Made by a program: the position numbers and the translations under genes
Assembly: GCF_021028975.2 (NCBI RefSeq)
Contig: NC_059426.1
Span: 31,372,001-31,436,000, forward strand
Direction: 5' to 3'
From: Sphaerodactylus townsendi
Taxonomy: Eukaryota
Length of the DNA: 64,000 bases
Part shown: positions 49,401-59,419 of the stretch, one piece after another
Layout: the number at the start of each line of letters is the position of its first letter
Numbering within the stretch: position 1 is the first letter of the stretch
Notes under the pieces: model-generated
Database searches by the model: none
The model's input: only the letters and a program-made list of their open reading frames with translations
Told to the model about the DNA's origin: nothing

Positions 49401-52400
49401 AAAAAATGTGCCAGGATGGAAGAAATAAAATTATTATTATAAACTGCAGGCTCCTGAGAAAAGGATAGGTGGTAGTTTTATGACTGCTAAACAAAGAAGA
49501 AGTGAAGATCATTGCACTCTGCCATGTGACCTATGTAATCCTAATCTTAAATGGAGTTATGCCTGACTAAATTATTGGAGTCATTAACCCTACAAGGATG
49601 TTACTTCACTAAGGATTGCACTGCTAACACAGATGATCCAAGAGATTATCTGAATAGTGACTAGGTAGTAACTAGATAGTGTAAAACAATCCTGACTTCT
49701 TTTCAATGCATTTACTTATCTGGAGTACCTTTTGTTTGGTCTTTGGTGAAGCCAAGGGCTGGGAGCTTTCTGTATCCCGGAAGAGTGCTTCATGGTCCCT
49801 GGTAAATTCCTTTAATTTCTTCTTGGCCTGCCACCAAATGCACAGAGATCAGCAAACAAAAGAAAGGTAACAGACTGATACAGAGCTACTGTAGTGAATT
49901 CTTTGTCCATGTCCTGATTATTGTACTCTCCCAGAGCCATCTCTTGCTGCTGAAGAGGTTCAAAATAATGTGACCAGTTAGAGAAAGCAACATCTCTGAG
50001 AAGCCAGTGTATGGATGCCACAAGGGGAAAGGTGGTAAGGCCAGGCACTGCGTGCACGCCTAGCAGAAAATTTCAGGACCCTCCACCTATGGTACTTCCT
50101 TACGGCATTTTACCCTTCTTCCCACACTTACTTTAGTTCCTTTCCTTTTCCTAGAATTTTTTCAAGCTAAAAAAAGGCCTGTTCTAAGTACAGGCTAAAA
50201 ACAGCCTGAGGAACTACAGTTCCCAGGAGACCTTGGAGCTCACAAGGTCTCCTGGGAAGTATAGTTCCCATCAGGCCACTGCTTTAAGCCTGAACTGTGA
50301 ATAAACCTTTTTTTTCAGACTGAAAAAGTTCTAGGAAAAGGAAAAGAACTAAGGTAAGTGTGGGAAGGGCTCACTTTGGAGGGCCTCTGCAAAGCGCAAT
50401 TTTGAGGGGGTGGAAAATATAGACTGTGCACCAGGCACAGTTTGGCCCAGCTACGCCTCTGCTGAGAAGATAGCATGTGGCACCCAGGACAAAGACAATG
50501 CTGAGTTTATGGGATGACATGAACCACTGTGCTTACAAGATCTGTTGATAAGACCTGCCCACTGAGATGCACTGAGAGAGCTCATACTCAGCAAAAGGCC
50601 ACCTGGGCTTGAATCTTTGTGATCTTTGTAGGTTCATCAGAGTCAGACATTATTTCTGAGCTCACTAAACTTTCAACTCAAAGGCAAAAACCTTTGGAAG
50701 CATACCACGGCCAACAACACGGCCTATTTGCGATCATTGTTACAGCCTTAAACACGTACCAGTTCCAAACAGCTAGTTCCCAACATTGTTTTCAATTCAG
50801 CACATCATCTAGTAAGGATAAGTGTGGTGGACTAGCTTCAACAATTCTCCTTATCTTTGAGAAGCAGCAAGGGTTGCCAGCTACAGGTTGAAAAGCTCCC
50901 GGAGATTGGGAACTGGAGCTTGGGGAAGATGGGATCTGGGGAGAGAAGGGCCCCTGTTGGATCATAATGGCATGAAGTCAATTATGGCATGAAGTCCACC
51001 CTTCAAAGCAGCCATTTTCTCCAGGAGAACTGATCTTTGTAATCTGGAGAGCAGTTGCACTTTTGGTAGATTTCTGGGCCATATGTCTGCTTTGAAGATA
51101 CTGAGCTACATTTCAGACAACATAGGCTGTGCATGCTGCCCAGTACAATACATCACTCAATGTTGCCGTATAATGCCCGTCCAGATGACATACGAGACTG
51201 TCTTTCCCTTCCATATAGAGATAAAACATCAGATTTGCAAAGAAGCCCATCGACATTCATTCCCATCCTTAGCACAGCCAATGTTTTTTATTTGAAATTA
51301 GGAAGCACCATCTAGTTTCAGTGGAGCCCTTCTAAATCTCAATTGTGTTGCTGAAATCAACAGGACGTGGAAGTATTTACTTTGGCTAGATCTTGCAGTA
51401 ACAAAAGATGGGAAACACATTTCACCATGACATGCCTGTGAAGATGCCAGCCACAGATGCAGGAGAAATGTTAGCTGCCAAAAGTCCCAGGCCATGCCAC
51501 CTAGCCCGGAAAACCCACCACAACTAGTTGATCCCGGCTGTGAAAGCATTCCACAATACCAAAGATGGGGCCTTGCCTTTATTTGTTGCCTCCAGTTGCT
51601 GGCAACCATGTCCGCTGCCTTCTCAACCGTGTTGTTCAGCTTATGGAAGAGAAACACAATCAAATTGGAAAAGCAAATGGTTTCATCAGTTTTGTCTTCT
51701 AGCATCGGGAGGATCAGATAAACAGCGCTTTACTGGATCACGTCATTGCTGAGCATGAAGTCAAAGTAAAATAAATAATAGAAAATTTGTAAAAATCTTA
51801 TTGCACTTGCCAAACCAAATCTCCAGTGGCTCAGACTGGATCCATATGTCCCTGGATATTGTGTTACTGTAATCCTTCACCTACTGGATTTTCTGGTGTG
51901 GCCAGGAAAATCCAGGAAGTCAATGAGTACAGCAGTGCAATATCCAGGGTCATATAGATCCCTGCTCTTACAGAGCAATCTGACTCCTACTGAATCAGTA
52001 GGCAACCTCCCATTGATTTCAATGGAACAGAGACACACCTTAGTTTGGAATTATAAGGGCTGGATCACACCAGCTTCCCGCTCTGTCTTGCCCAATTATC
52101 CTCCTTACTGCACCACCCTTTCCACATGGCTTTTATACAGGTCCTATGATCCCAAGCATAGCCTTTGGTGGGGAGTCAGAGGAGCAGGCAGCCTAATACA
52201 GAGCCCCCGACAGCAGGACGCAGCACTGTTTGGGTGCCACCCCACCACATCTAAGGCCTTCTCATAGATGCAGGAGGATAAAAACAGAAAAAGCTTCCCT
52301 CCCACCAAAAATCCCTCCATTGGGCTCTATGGGCCTACATTACCCAAAAGCCCCTGGTGCTGGTGTTCTGCCAGGCAAAGGTCAGGTGGAAGCCAATGAA

Positions 52401-55400
52401 TGCCGGCTCCACCCCCGGCCATTCCTCAGGAATGCCCTCACTGCGCCGGTGGAGGAGTGCTGACATGGCGCTCTGCATTGCTTCTAGCTCCCATGGAGGG
52501 CCACGGCAGCTGCCCATCAGTGGATTTGCCCTTCCGTGGGGGCAAGTGCCTCACAGAGTGCAAATCCACCAGTGCAGCCCTGCCCTGCCTCCATGGGCAG
52601 ATTCCCCCCTCCTCTGGATTGGGGTGACATTCTTCTATTTTCTTCTATTTTCACCATCAGAAAAGTTGGTTGGGTCCAACTCATCCTTTCAACATGATGC
52701 TGGGATCCTTCCGGAGAATGGTGATCTCCCCACCTCCAAGAGACAGCTTTTTTGTCTGACATGTTTATTAATTCACAATAATCAAAAACATCAAAGAACA
52801 TATCAATACATGATAAGAACAGCAGCAGCAGCAGCAGCAGCAGAAGAAGAAGAAGAAGAAGAAGAAGAGGAGGAGGAGGAGGAGGAGGAGTTTGGATTTA
52901 TATCCCCCCTTATATCCTCTCCTGCAGGAGACTCAAAGGGGCTTACAATCTCCTTGCCCTTCCCCCCTCACAACAAATACCCTGTGAGGTAGGTGGGGCT
53001 GAGAGAGCTCCAAGAAGCTGTGGCTAGCCCAAGGTCACCCAGCTGGCGTGTGTGGGAGTGCACAGGCTAATCTGAATTCCCCAGATAAGCCACCACAGCT
53101 CAGGCGGCAGAGCTGGGAATCAAACCCGGTTCCTCCAGATTAGATACACGAGCTCTTAACCTCCATCGCCACTGCTAAAACACATCATAAAAAGCAAGAC
53201 CCCTTCCAAAAAATCCCAACAGTGTACACACACCAGTAACAATCAAGTCTGTACACTTCCTACTGATGTCCCAGAAGAACAACACTCTTTAAAAGTCTGT
53301 CTCCTCACAAACCTGAGGAAGGAGCTCAGACTGTAATTGTCATCTAACTGCCTCATCTCATCTGAGATAGTCAATAGTAACCCCCTAAGAAATTTACTCC
53401 CAATAGACTTACGGTAAAGGAAAAGTTTTAAATTTACTGCTAACCTGGAGGATTCCATGTTCAGAAAGAGAATATTTTGTGTGTGGTGATCAAGTTGATG
53501 ACCAGAAGCTCTGCAAGCTTGTTGGAGATGAAGAGGAATGTCCTTGCAATGACTTTGAGTATCTTTCCTCGTGTGGAAACACCCATGCTTATCTCTGAGA
53601 GCCAGTATGCTGTAGTAGGCCAATTAGACTAGGATTTAAACTACTCAGTCACAAAGCTACCTTGGGTTGACCTTGGGCCAGTCCACTGAATTCACCTCAT
53701 CCCATTTGCATGGGAATAAAACAAACAAGGGAAGCGAAACCACATAAGGCACCCTTAGCTCCTTGGAAAATGGGAAAGATAAAAATATAATAGATCTGTT
53801 TATATTGTTCTGTCTTCCTGGCTTGGGGAGCAGATGAGCTGAAAAATTAAAGCTGGTATACAGGTATGCACTCAAGAGTATCATTACACCAGCTACATCA
53901 TACTAAATAGCATTATATATGTAAATGCCCTCAAAATGCTGTCCCAGATTAGCCGAAAAGTAACAGAAAGCTACTTACTGCTTTTTTCTTCTTTTCGTGT
54001 TCATCCAGGATGCGTTTCGTTGGGTTTATGGCTTCTATCTGAATAGCTTTGCCAAGTTTACTGGGCACAGAACATAAAACACATATACCTGCTGAATGAA
54101 AACTTGCCTCCTCAGAAATTATTTGCCAGACAAATCATGTGGGAACAGTTATAAATACTCTCCATGCAACCCCAGAACAAGTCATAAAAAACTGAAATGT
54201 TTATTGTACAGGTTTTAATACCTTTCTCGTCCCCAGTGGACTTTGAATAATGCACCTTCTTGTACTCACCAGTGCAAATCAGATGTTGATTTCATCCCCT
54301 CCAAAACACAATGCCAGGCACTGCAACTATAACTGGAGAGAAAATATGGATATTAACTCTTGCTTCAGCTTTAAAAACCCAACAGCTGATCTGCTATGAA
54401 TCTGGTCTGAAGAGTCGGTTTAAAATTCACATCACTTCTGCATTACTAGTTTGCACTCAAAGAACTAATTTGAGAACCAACTTTGCAGAACAACCACTAT
54501 ACAAGAAGTTAGAATTAAGGGGGTTCAATTATCCAGTAGTGTATAGAACTGATGCCACCTTTTGATAAGCAAACTTTCCAGCAGACAGCCAGTGTGGTGT
54601 AGTTATTAAAATATCAGAACCACAGGTGTCAAACCCGTGGCCCTCCAGATGTTATGGACTACTGTTCCCATCATCCCCTGCCAGCATCATGCGAGTTTGA
54701 CACCTGTGACAGAACAGAATCTGGGAGAACCAGGTTTGAACTCCCACTCTGCTGTGGAAGCTTGGTGGATGACTTCGGGACACAGATCCTCTCTCGTGGT
54801 CAAATTACGTGTTACTTGTGACACATTTCAGGTTTCAGGTGCCTGTCCTGATTCTCAGTTACATGCCCGTGAGGGAGCTAAGCTTTAAAAAACCTCTCAT
54901 GATCTCCCCATGGCTCAAAATGCTGTGAGAGGGAGCTTCAGGCTTCCCTTCTCTGTTGTTTTAGCCAGCAGAAACAGCCATAGACTGAGGAAGAGCATGT
55001 CAAAGAACCACATGTGGCTCCCAAGTTACTATCACTGAGTTGCATACTCTAAAATAACAGCCGTGTTGCCTCTTCTTCAGATTCCACATGTCCATCCGTG
55101 GGTATATGGAGTGCAAGGAATGGGCAAACAGCCCTCTGCATAGGGTTGTCAGGTTTCTCTCTATGGCAGGAGACCTCCCTGTATCCCTGTGCCTGCCAGT
55201 GGGGAAAAAAATAGCTGGCTCAGGAGTGAATTGGGGGGAGAGTTTACATCCATGAAAATACTGCACTAGGAGGGTGGGACTCACTTACCTCCAGTCCCTC
55301 CAGCAGCACCTGTTTCAGGGTGAGAACCATTTGCCAACCCTGGTCACTTTTGTGAAACGTGGGGATGCCACACTGAGGAAGAGCATGTCATAGAACCACA

Positions 55401-58400
55401 TGTGGCTCCCAAGTTACTATCACTGAGTTGCATACTCTAAAACAGTACATATCTGAACTCAGCTACCCTGTGTGTTAACTGCACACAATCTTAGTCAAAA
55501 GATCCGCCTAATGTTGAAAGTGTTAGGTTTTGCAAGTGTCTGTCACAATCCTGACGATAAGGGGTTAACTGTGTGCATGTTAATTAGCTAGTGAGGTCAG
55601 TGTCTTGCGACCAGTTCATTGATTAGTCATTGGGCAGTTAATCCGACATTGCTTATGTGACGCAGAGCACGTAGGTCAGAGGTTATAAAGTTAACTATAT
55701 TTCTTTGTCTCACTCACACAGAGAGAGTGCACCAGCACATGAGGTTTTTCTTTTGTACCTGTAAGATGGATTCACCTTAAGAGGTGAATGCCTAGGCCAC
55801 ATGTGGGCTCACATGTGCCTAAGTTCTGTAACCAAGGCTCCTTCCGCACACGCAGAATAATGCGTTTTCAAATCACTTTCACAACTGTTTGCAAGTGGAT
55901 TTTGCTATTCCGCACAGCTTCAAAGAGCACTGAAAGCAGTTTGAAAGTGCATTATTCTGCATGTGCGGAATGAGCCCAACAAGTTTGTACTAGAATAGTA
56001 AGGATTTATTGTGTTTATTCCATGTATACCCTACCCTGATTTAGTTAAGTAAAGTTTCATCTTTTATAATCACAGCAAAAGTCTCCTGGTCTTTCTTCTC
56101 ACTCTGCTTATTACTCAAACAATTCCCCAACAGAAAGCAGTTTGGGGGTGACTTTTTCAACAGTGGAGGAAAGGGTTAAACATCCTCTCCTTCTACCATT
56201 CTCCTTGAAAAAGCAGCCTTAATGGATATAGTTGCAAAAGAAAACATGTTAAAATGATGGAGGGGAGAGGGAGGGATAAGGTGTCATTTGATCTTAAGAC
56301 ACCATTTGAGTCAACACTGTCCACAGACACAATGTTGTCTAGGACCAGGATCCTCTTCATTGACTTTCCAAATTAAGAAGAACATTTTTTGTTTGCAACA
56401 GGAAGGAAAAGTTATTAAAGGCAATACATATACATTCCAGTTTTGGATTTGTGTAGTTTTGGTATGCATGTACCAAGGCTGAAAATATGACCTTATGTAT
56501 CGCGCATTCTCCTCTCAGGTTGCTAACCTCCAAGTGGGGTCTAGAGATTTCCAGAAATTATAACTTGTCTCCAGGCTACATTTTCTCCTCTGGAGAAAAT
56601 GGAAGCTTTGGAGGGCATTATATCCTGTTGACAAAGGCCCTCCCTTCCCCAGCTCCACCTTCCCCAGCTTCCTCCCTCAAATCTCTAGGATTTCCCAACT
56701 ATAGATGGCAACCCTAAGTGTAAGATGACCAGATGGTCACCTTTGTGAACCAGGACGGGCGGGTAGGCGGGCACGCGCGCAGCTGCAGGAGCGCACGGCC
56801 TTTTGGGGCACTCCCGTTTCCCGCCCTGTCACAGGGCAGGAAACGGGAGCACCCCAGAAGGCCGTGTGCTCCTGCGGCTGCGCGCGCAGGAGGCTGTCGC
56901 ACTGCCTTGCACCCCAGAAGGCAGTGTGGCAGCCTTTCAAAAACCGGGACACTTGAAAAAACCCGCGGGACGCAGGACAAATTGTTTTAAGGCGGGACTG
57001 TCCCGCCAAAAGCAGGACGTCTGGTCAGCCTACCTAAGTGCTATGAGAACCAAATGAAAAATGTTGCCAGAGCTTGTGTAAACCTTTGTAATCAAGTTAC
57101 CACCACAACAACCAGGGCTATCATTCCTGGTTCTGACAGTCTGAAGTGCTTGCTCAGAACAGCAAATATTGCTGCATTGCACTGGAAGACAATTCTGTTT
57201 TATTACTGCAATAAAAATAAATCCTATTTAAAGCGGCTGAATCAAGAATGAATTTCTGTTCCGTTCAGGCAATAAACAAGCCTTCTCCTCAGTCACTTTT
57301 TCTTTTACAGTAGAAGTTACAGGCCTGCAAGACACTGAACCGTCTGTGGCAGTGGTGGGATTGAAATAATTTAACAACCCGTTCTGGTGGCGGGATTCAA
57401 ATAATTTAACTACTGGTTGTTTACAAGAACTATTACAACAACCGGTTCTGCTGAAGTAGTGCAAATCTGCTGAATCCCACCGCTGGTCTGTGGCCTCCTT
57501 TGTGAAGGTATGGATGTCTGGAAAAATTTGAGGAAATCTCACAACACACAAATCTTTTTCCTCATGATTTTTTCCCTACATGTTTTCAAAAGGAAAAACT
57601 GAAAATTTGAAAAAACAATACAAAGAACTCCAACAAAATATTTTCTTTTGTAGAATTTGAGAAATAATTTTGACTCAAAGTCTTACTCCCTCAGACTGTG
57701 AATGAACATTTTAATGTAAGGCAATTCAAGCATTAGATAACACTGACTCCCATGTTGACATACACAACACCTTTCAAGTTTATATTTGTTCACATGTGAC
57801 TGATTTTGTCCACAGTTCATGTGCTATGACATAAACAATGATAAAACAGTGTGGAATAACTCAGTCTATTCAACAATAGAAAGTTTAGCTCAAAAGCCAA
57901 GTATTTTGCTAGTCCTATTATGACTGCATGAGCCAACTTCTATCCATCACTTCTTTTCTTTTTGTTTACTACAAAAAATATGTTTTCTATTTTCAACATT
58001 TCTATTTTCCTATCTCTCAATGGCAAAAAACCAAAATACACATGCCAGGTATCACAAAGTGTTGCAGTTTGCTTTCAGTATGGGGGTATATTCAAACTTA
58101 CTCTAAAAAATCTAATGTATTTAGATTTTTAGATTTAATAAATATGCCAACTGGTACCATTTCATATGCTATAAATATTGCATTTTATGTCATTAAAGCC
58201 ATGTAATAAGTTTAGACTGGATAAGAAAACAAGGCTTCTGTATATTTTAATTTCATCTTCAACTTCTTTTTCAAACAAAACAATTTCTTTCTCTTGGGAA
58301 AAAGAAGAAATTGGGGGAATTTTTTTCTTTCCACTTGTGACTTCAAATTTTCTGGAAATGTTATCTCTCGATAGCTTCTATGGACATGTCAGCCTTATAA

Positions 58401-58911
58401 AATGGTACAGTGCTGTAAAAGAGTTCCCAAAGTGGCACCATGGCACATACTGACAACTTTTTGGTGCCTATCAAGTATTTTTAGATGTCGTTTTAGATGT
58501 CTATGAGGCTTATAATTGGCTGCTTGGATTTTTTTTTTTATGTTGCATTGGCAGGAGCTACCATTACAGAACCAGGATTTTCACTGCATGGTTGAAGGTA
58601 AGCTATGACAGCCATTTTGTGGCTGGCTCTACCTCTGGTAGTCACCAATCTGTGGCTATGCCCAGTGCCCACCATCTTGTGTCAGAATTCTAAAGGTGCC
58701 CACAGGCTGAAAAATATTGGGGACCCTGATACAGAACGTTATGAGAAAAGAAAAACCTATAGAAGCCACTTTCAAGAAGTTGTGCTCTTCTGCTTGTTCT
58801 AGGTACACAAACTTGCTTGTCACTTACTTGACCTTCATCTTGTCCAACACTTTTGTGAGCTTCTTGGCCAGCTTCCCCAGTCCTTCAGCATAAGCAACTT
58901 CCAAATTCGCT
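31272..58911 (-). CDS. NOSTRIN: Nostrin (eNOS trafficking inducer; F-BAR, HR1 and SH3 domains), 14 coding exons; N-terminal exons 1-2 not found in the window
   Basis: Phase-consistent chain 58911-58828, 54332-54270, 54060-53979, 51639-51577, 49827-49729, 49231-49106, 44697-44599, 44242-44117, 42283-42175, 40508-40420, 38719-38594, 37172-37058, 34105-33980, 31426-31272. Peptides such as RANLEVAYAEGL, KLGKAIQIEAI, ENKSEFLLTDYY and the SH3 ALYDY..EDEL..GWW.G..G.FP.TYV match recalled human NOSTRIN. Confidence 0.96.
31490..31903 (-). mobile_element. CR1 LINE 3' fragment
   Basis: YEERLRELDIFSL-KRRLRGDMI motif; ATTCTGTG-type tail. Confidence 0.9.
33292..33477 (+). mobile_element. SPIN (SPACE INVADERS) non-autonomous hAT MITE, 186 bp
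   Basis: Ends match recalled SPIN termini (GTTCTCAACCTGTGGGTCGC...GGGGTCGCCTAAGAC and GGGGGTCACCACAAC...TAAAGGGTCGCGGCATTAGGAAGGTTGAGAACC.CTG); perfect TSD ctctagca. Confidence 0.88.
33736..33876. mobile_element. PIF/Harbinger-like MITE
   Basis: TIRs, 3-bp TSD tat. Confidence 0.8.
33980..34105 (-). CDS. NOSTRIN: NOSTRIN exon (126 nt, SH3 N-terminal half)
   Basis: ctttccag| ...STMCTALYDYQTEREDELCLKE G|gtaact. Confidence 0.92.
34908..35228 (-). mobile_element. Squam3-like SINE
   Basis: Full-length copy. Confidence 0.85.
37058..37172 (-). CDS. NOSTRIN: NOSTRIN exon (115 nt, linker)
   Basis: ccccttctag| DCVHSSVMITCPIKIKYFERTLSTQVANERGRNPSSLS G|gtaacc. Confidence 0.85.
38140..38337. mobile_element. 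Penelope-like element, inverted terminal fragment
   Basis: 13-bp TSD tatctcttaaagt; two inverted halves. Confidence 0.75.
38594..38719 (-). CDS. NOSTRIN: NOSTRIN exon (126 nt)
   Basis: attgaag| ATLKVNLLQANYFKLGSLLAEMEQKPKPIEPWHDCISKWKEK |gtaact. Confidence 0.93.
39045..39177. mobile_element. Palindromic hAT-Charlie-type MITE inserted in an older SINE
   Basis: Perfect TSD tcctagat. Confidence 0.85.
40420..40508 (-). CDS. NOSTRIN: NOSTRIN exon (89 nt)
   Basis: tttaaag| GLERMIQAYLEMPQFLDPQNQNEITEQLNE |gtacaa. Confidence 0.92.
40895..41801 (-). mobile_element. Old Squam3A-like SINE interrupted by a Harbinger-like element (41096-41776), which itself contains a hAT MITE (41574-41711)
   Basis: SINE halves rejoin across the insert (tagtctgaca / actcttaaccactacac); the insert has GGCC(C/T)TT..C.ACA termini. 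Confidence 0.65.
41574..41711. mobile_element. Palindromic hAT-Charlie-type MITE
   Basis: TSD (t/c)tgtaaag. Confidence 0.82.
41977..42113. mobile_element. hAT MITE (CAGTGGTGGGATTC TIR)
   Basis: Perfect TSD gatgaatc. Confidence 0.88.
42175..42283 (-). CDS. NOSTRIN: NOSTRIN exon (109 nt, HR1)
   Basis: gtgaag| EEDSTSLIEKERRHASIKAKVLRLQKDLEKALQDKR G|gttctt. Confidence 0.92.
43120..43358 (+). mobile_element. Old MIR/Ther1- or Squam3A-like SINE
   Basis: ggtgtggtataatggttagagtgttgga head, gatgaccttgggctagtcac core, (TAGA/TAAA) tail. Confidence 0.65.
44117..44242 (-). CDS. NOSTRIN: NOSTRIN exon (126 nt)
   Basis: ttctag| CHTQMHTAVGKVDPEKDSQLLLGEMAMSVEENKSEFLLTDYY |gtaagt. Confidence 0.94.
44599..44697 (-). 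CDS. NOSTRIN: NOSTRIN exon (99 nt)
   Basis: aaacag| NILNLEKERLHLLCNMLNCYSQHLSSFGHSITA |gtaagt. Confidence 0.94.
45397..45682 (+). mobile_element. Squam3-like SINE
   Basis: Nearly full-length copy. Confidence 0.85.
46751..47092. mobile_element. Related Tc1/mariner MITE
   Basis: TIR CCGTGTTTCCCCGAAAATAAG, TA flanks. Confidence 0.8.
47501..47896 (+). mobile_element. 5'-truncated AT-rich retroposed insert (L1-like 3' end)
   Basis: 13-bp TSD gaagatgtataca (47488-47500 and 47897-47909); AATAAA at 47876. Confidence 0.7.
49106..49231 (-). CDS. NOSTRIN: NOSTRIN exon (126 nt)
   Basis: ttgaag| LLRNLEKSATKLAKDDEDYYNKSLTACEIRLKWGTTLENCHQ |gtaagt. Confidence 0.94.
49729..49827 (-). CDS. NOSTRIN: NOSTRIN exon (99 nt)
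   Basis: tggcag| AKKKLKEFTRDHEALFRDTESSQPLASPKTKQK |gtactc. Confidence 0.92.
51421..51560 (+). mobile_element. Penelope-like 3' fragment
   Basis: gaagatgccagccacagatgcagg...cccggaaaacccaccac...gtgaaagc..caatac. Confidence 0.7.
51577..51639 (-). CDS. NOSTRIN: NOSTRIN exon (63 nt) with GC donor
   Basis: ccataag| LNNTVEKAADMVASNWRQQIK |gcaagg. Confidence 0.88.
52820..53176 (-). mobile_element. Squam3-like SINE with compound (GCA)n(GAA)n(GAG)n tail
   Basis: Body matches other copies; expanded trinucleotide tail at 52820-52890. Confidence 0.85.
53979..54060 (-). CDS. NOSTRIN: NOSTRIN exon (82 nt)
   Basis: gcccag| KLGKAIQIEAINPTKRILDEHEKKKKA |gtaagt. Confidence 0.94.
54270..54332 (-). CDS. NOSTRIN: NOSTRIN exon (63 nt)
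   Basis: ctctccag| YSCSAWHCVLEGMKSTSDLH |gtgagt. Confidence 0.92.
54621..54708. mobile_element. Short hAT MITE inserted in a SINE head
   Basis: TIR CACAGGTGTCAAAC; SINE sequence resumes after the insert. Confidence 0.7.
54984..55442 (+). repeat. 71-bp direct duplication (54984-55054 and 55372-55442)
   Basis: 70 of 71 bases identical, offset 388 bp. Confidence 0.9.
55836..55976. mobile_element. PIF/Harbinger-like MITE
   Basis: TIRs, 3-bp TSD caa; inverted relative to the 33736 copy. Confidence 0.8.
56721..57032. mobile_element. Young CpG-rich hAT (Ac-type) MITE
   Basis: TA.G.TGACCAGA termini, perfect TSD cctaagtg. Confidence 0.85.
57350..57485. mobile_element. hAT MITE (CAGTGGTGGGATTC TIR)
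   Basis: Perfect TSD gtctgtgg; similar to the 41977 copy. Confidence 0.88.
58828..58911 (-). CDS. NOSTRIN: NOSTRIN exon (84 nt, FCH region)
   Basis: caacag| (R)ANLEVAYAEGLGKLAKKLTKVLDKMKV |gtaagt. Confidence 0.93.
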
Positions 58912-59235
58912 CTGTTGACAAAGTCAGCAGAAATCATTATGCATTTGCTTATCTCTCTTGGGCATTGCTTTGTAGAAAACTGAAACCTCCCCCTCCCAAA
59001 CAGGAACACTCTTTCTAAACATGAAAAGGGTTATCTTGTAATGAATGTTTAGATGCATAACTGGCACCAAAACCAAACACATTAATTTGTACATACATAA
59101 CAAAACAAAAAGGGACTTGTGACGTCCAAAGCAGAGTTGTACCCTTTTGAGTCTATTGTGGGTGTACTGCATAGCTCTGCTTAGAGTTGCATTTGAAGTG
59201 ACCCACCATGCCAGTAGAAGCAAATGCCCCTAGAA

Positions 59236-59386
59236 CAGGGGTCTGCAACCTGTGGCTCTCCAGATGTTCATGGACTACAATTCCCGTCAGCCCCTGCCAG
59301 CATGGCCAACTGGTAATCCATGAACATCTGGAGTCCATGAATTGTAGTCCATGAACATTTGGAGAGCTGCAGGTTGCAGACCCCTG
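59236..59386. mobile_element. Palindromic hAT-Charlie-type MITE
   Basis: TSD c(c/t)ctagaa. Confidence 0.85.
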
Positions 59387-59419
59387 CTCTAGAAAGACTA
59401 CAAGGACAAACTCTCTCCT

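Noticed and set aside
52357-52992. 211-aa ORF with poly-A/poly-E tract
   Set aside because: The tract is the trinucleotide tail of a SINE read antisense; the ORF is stitched from repeats inside a NOSTRIN intron.
53243-53623. 126-aa ORF with faint resemblance to a Penelope GIY-YIG C-terminus
   Set aside because: Too degenerate to call without a profile search; not needed as a NOSTRIN exon because the flanking exons join directly.
55512-56132. Possible solo LTR (TGTTG...CAACA with a TATA-like motif)
   Set aside because: No matching TSD, no partner LTR and no internal retroviral sequence visible.
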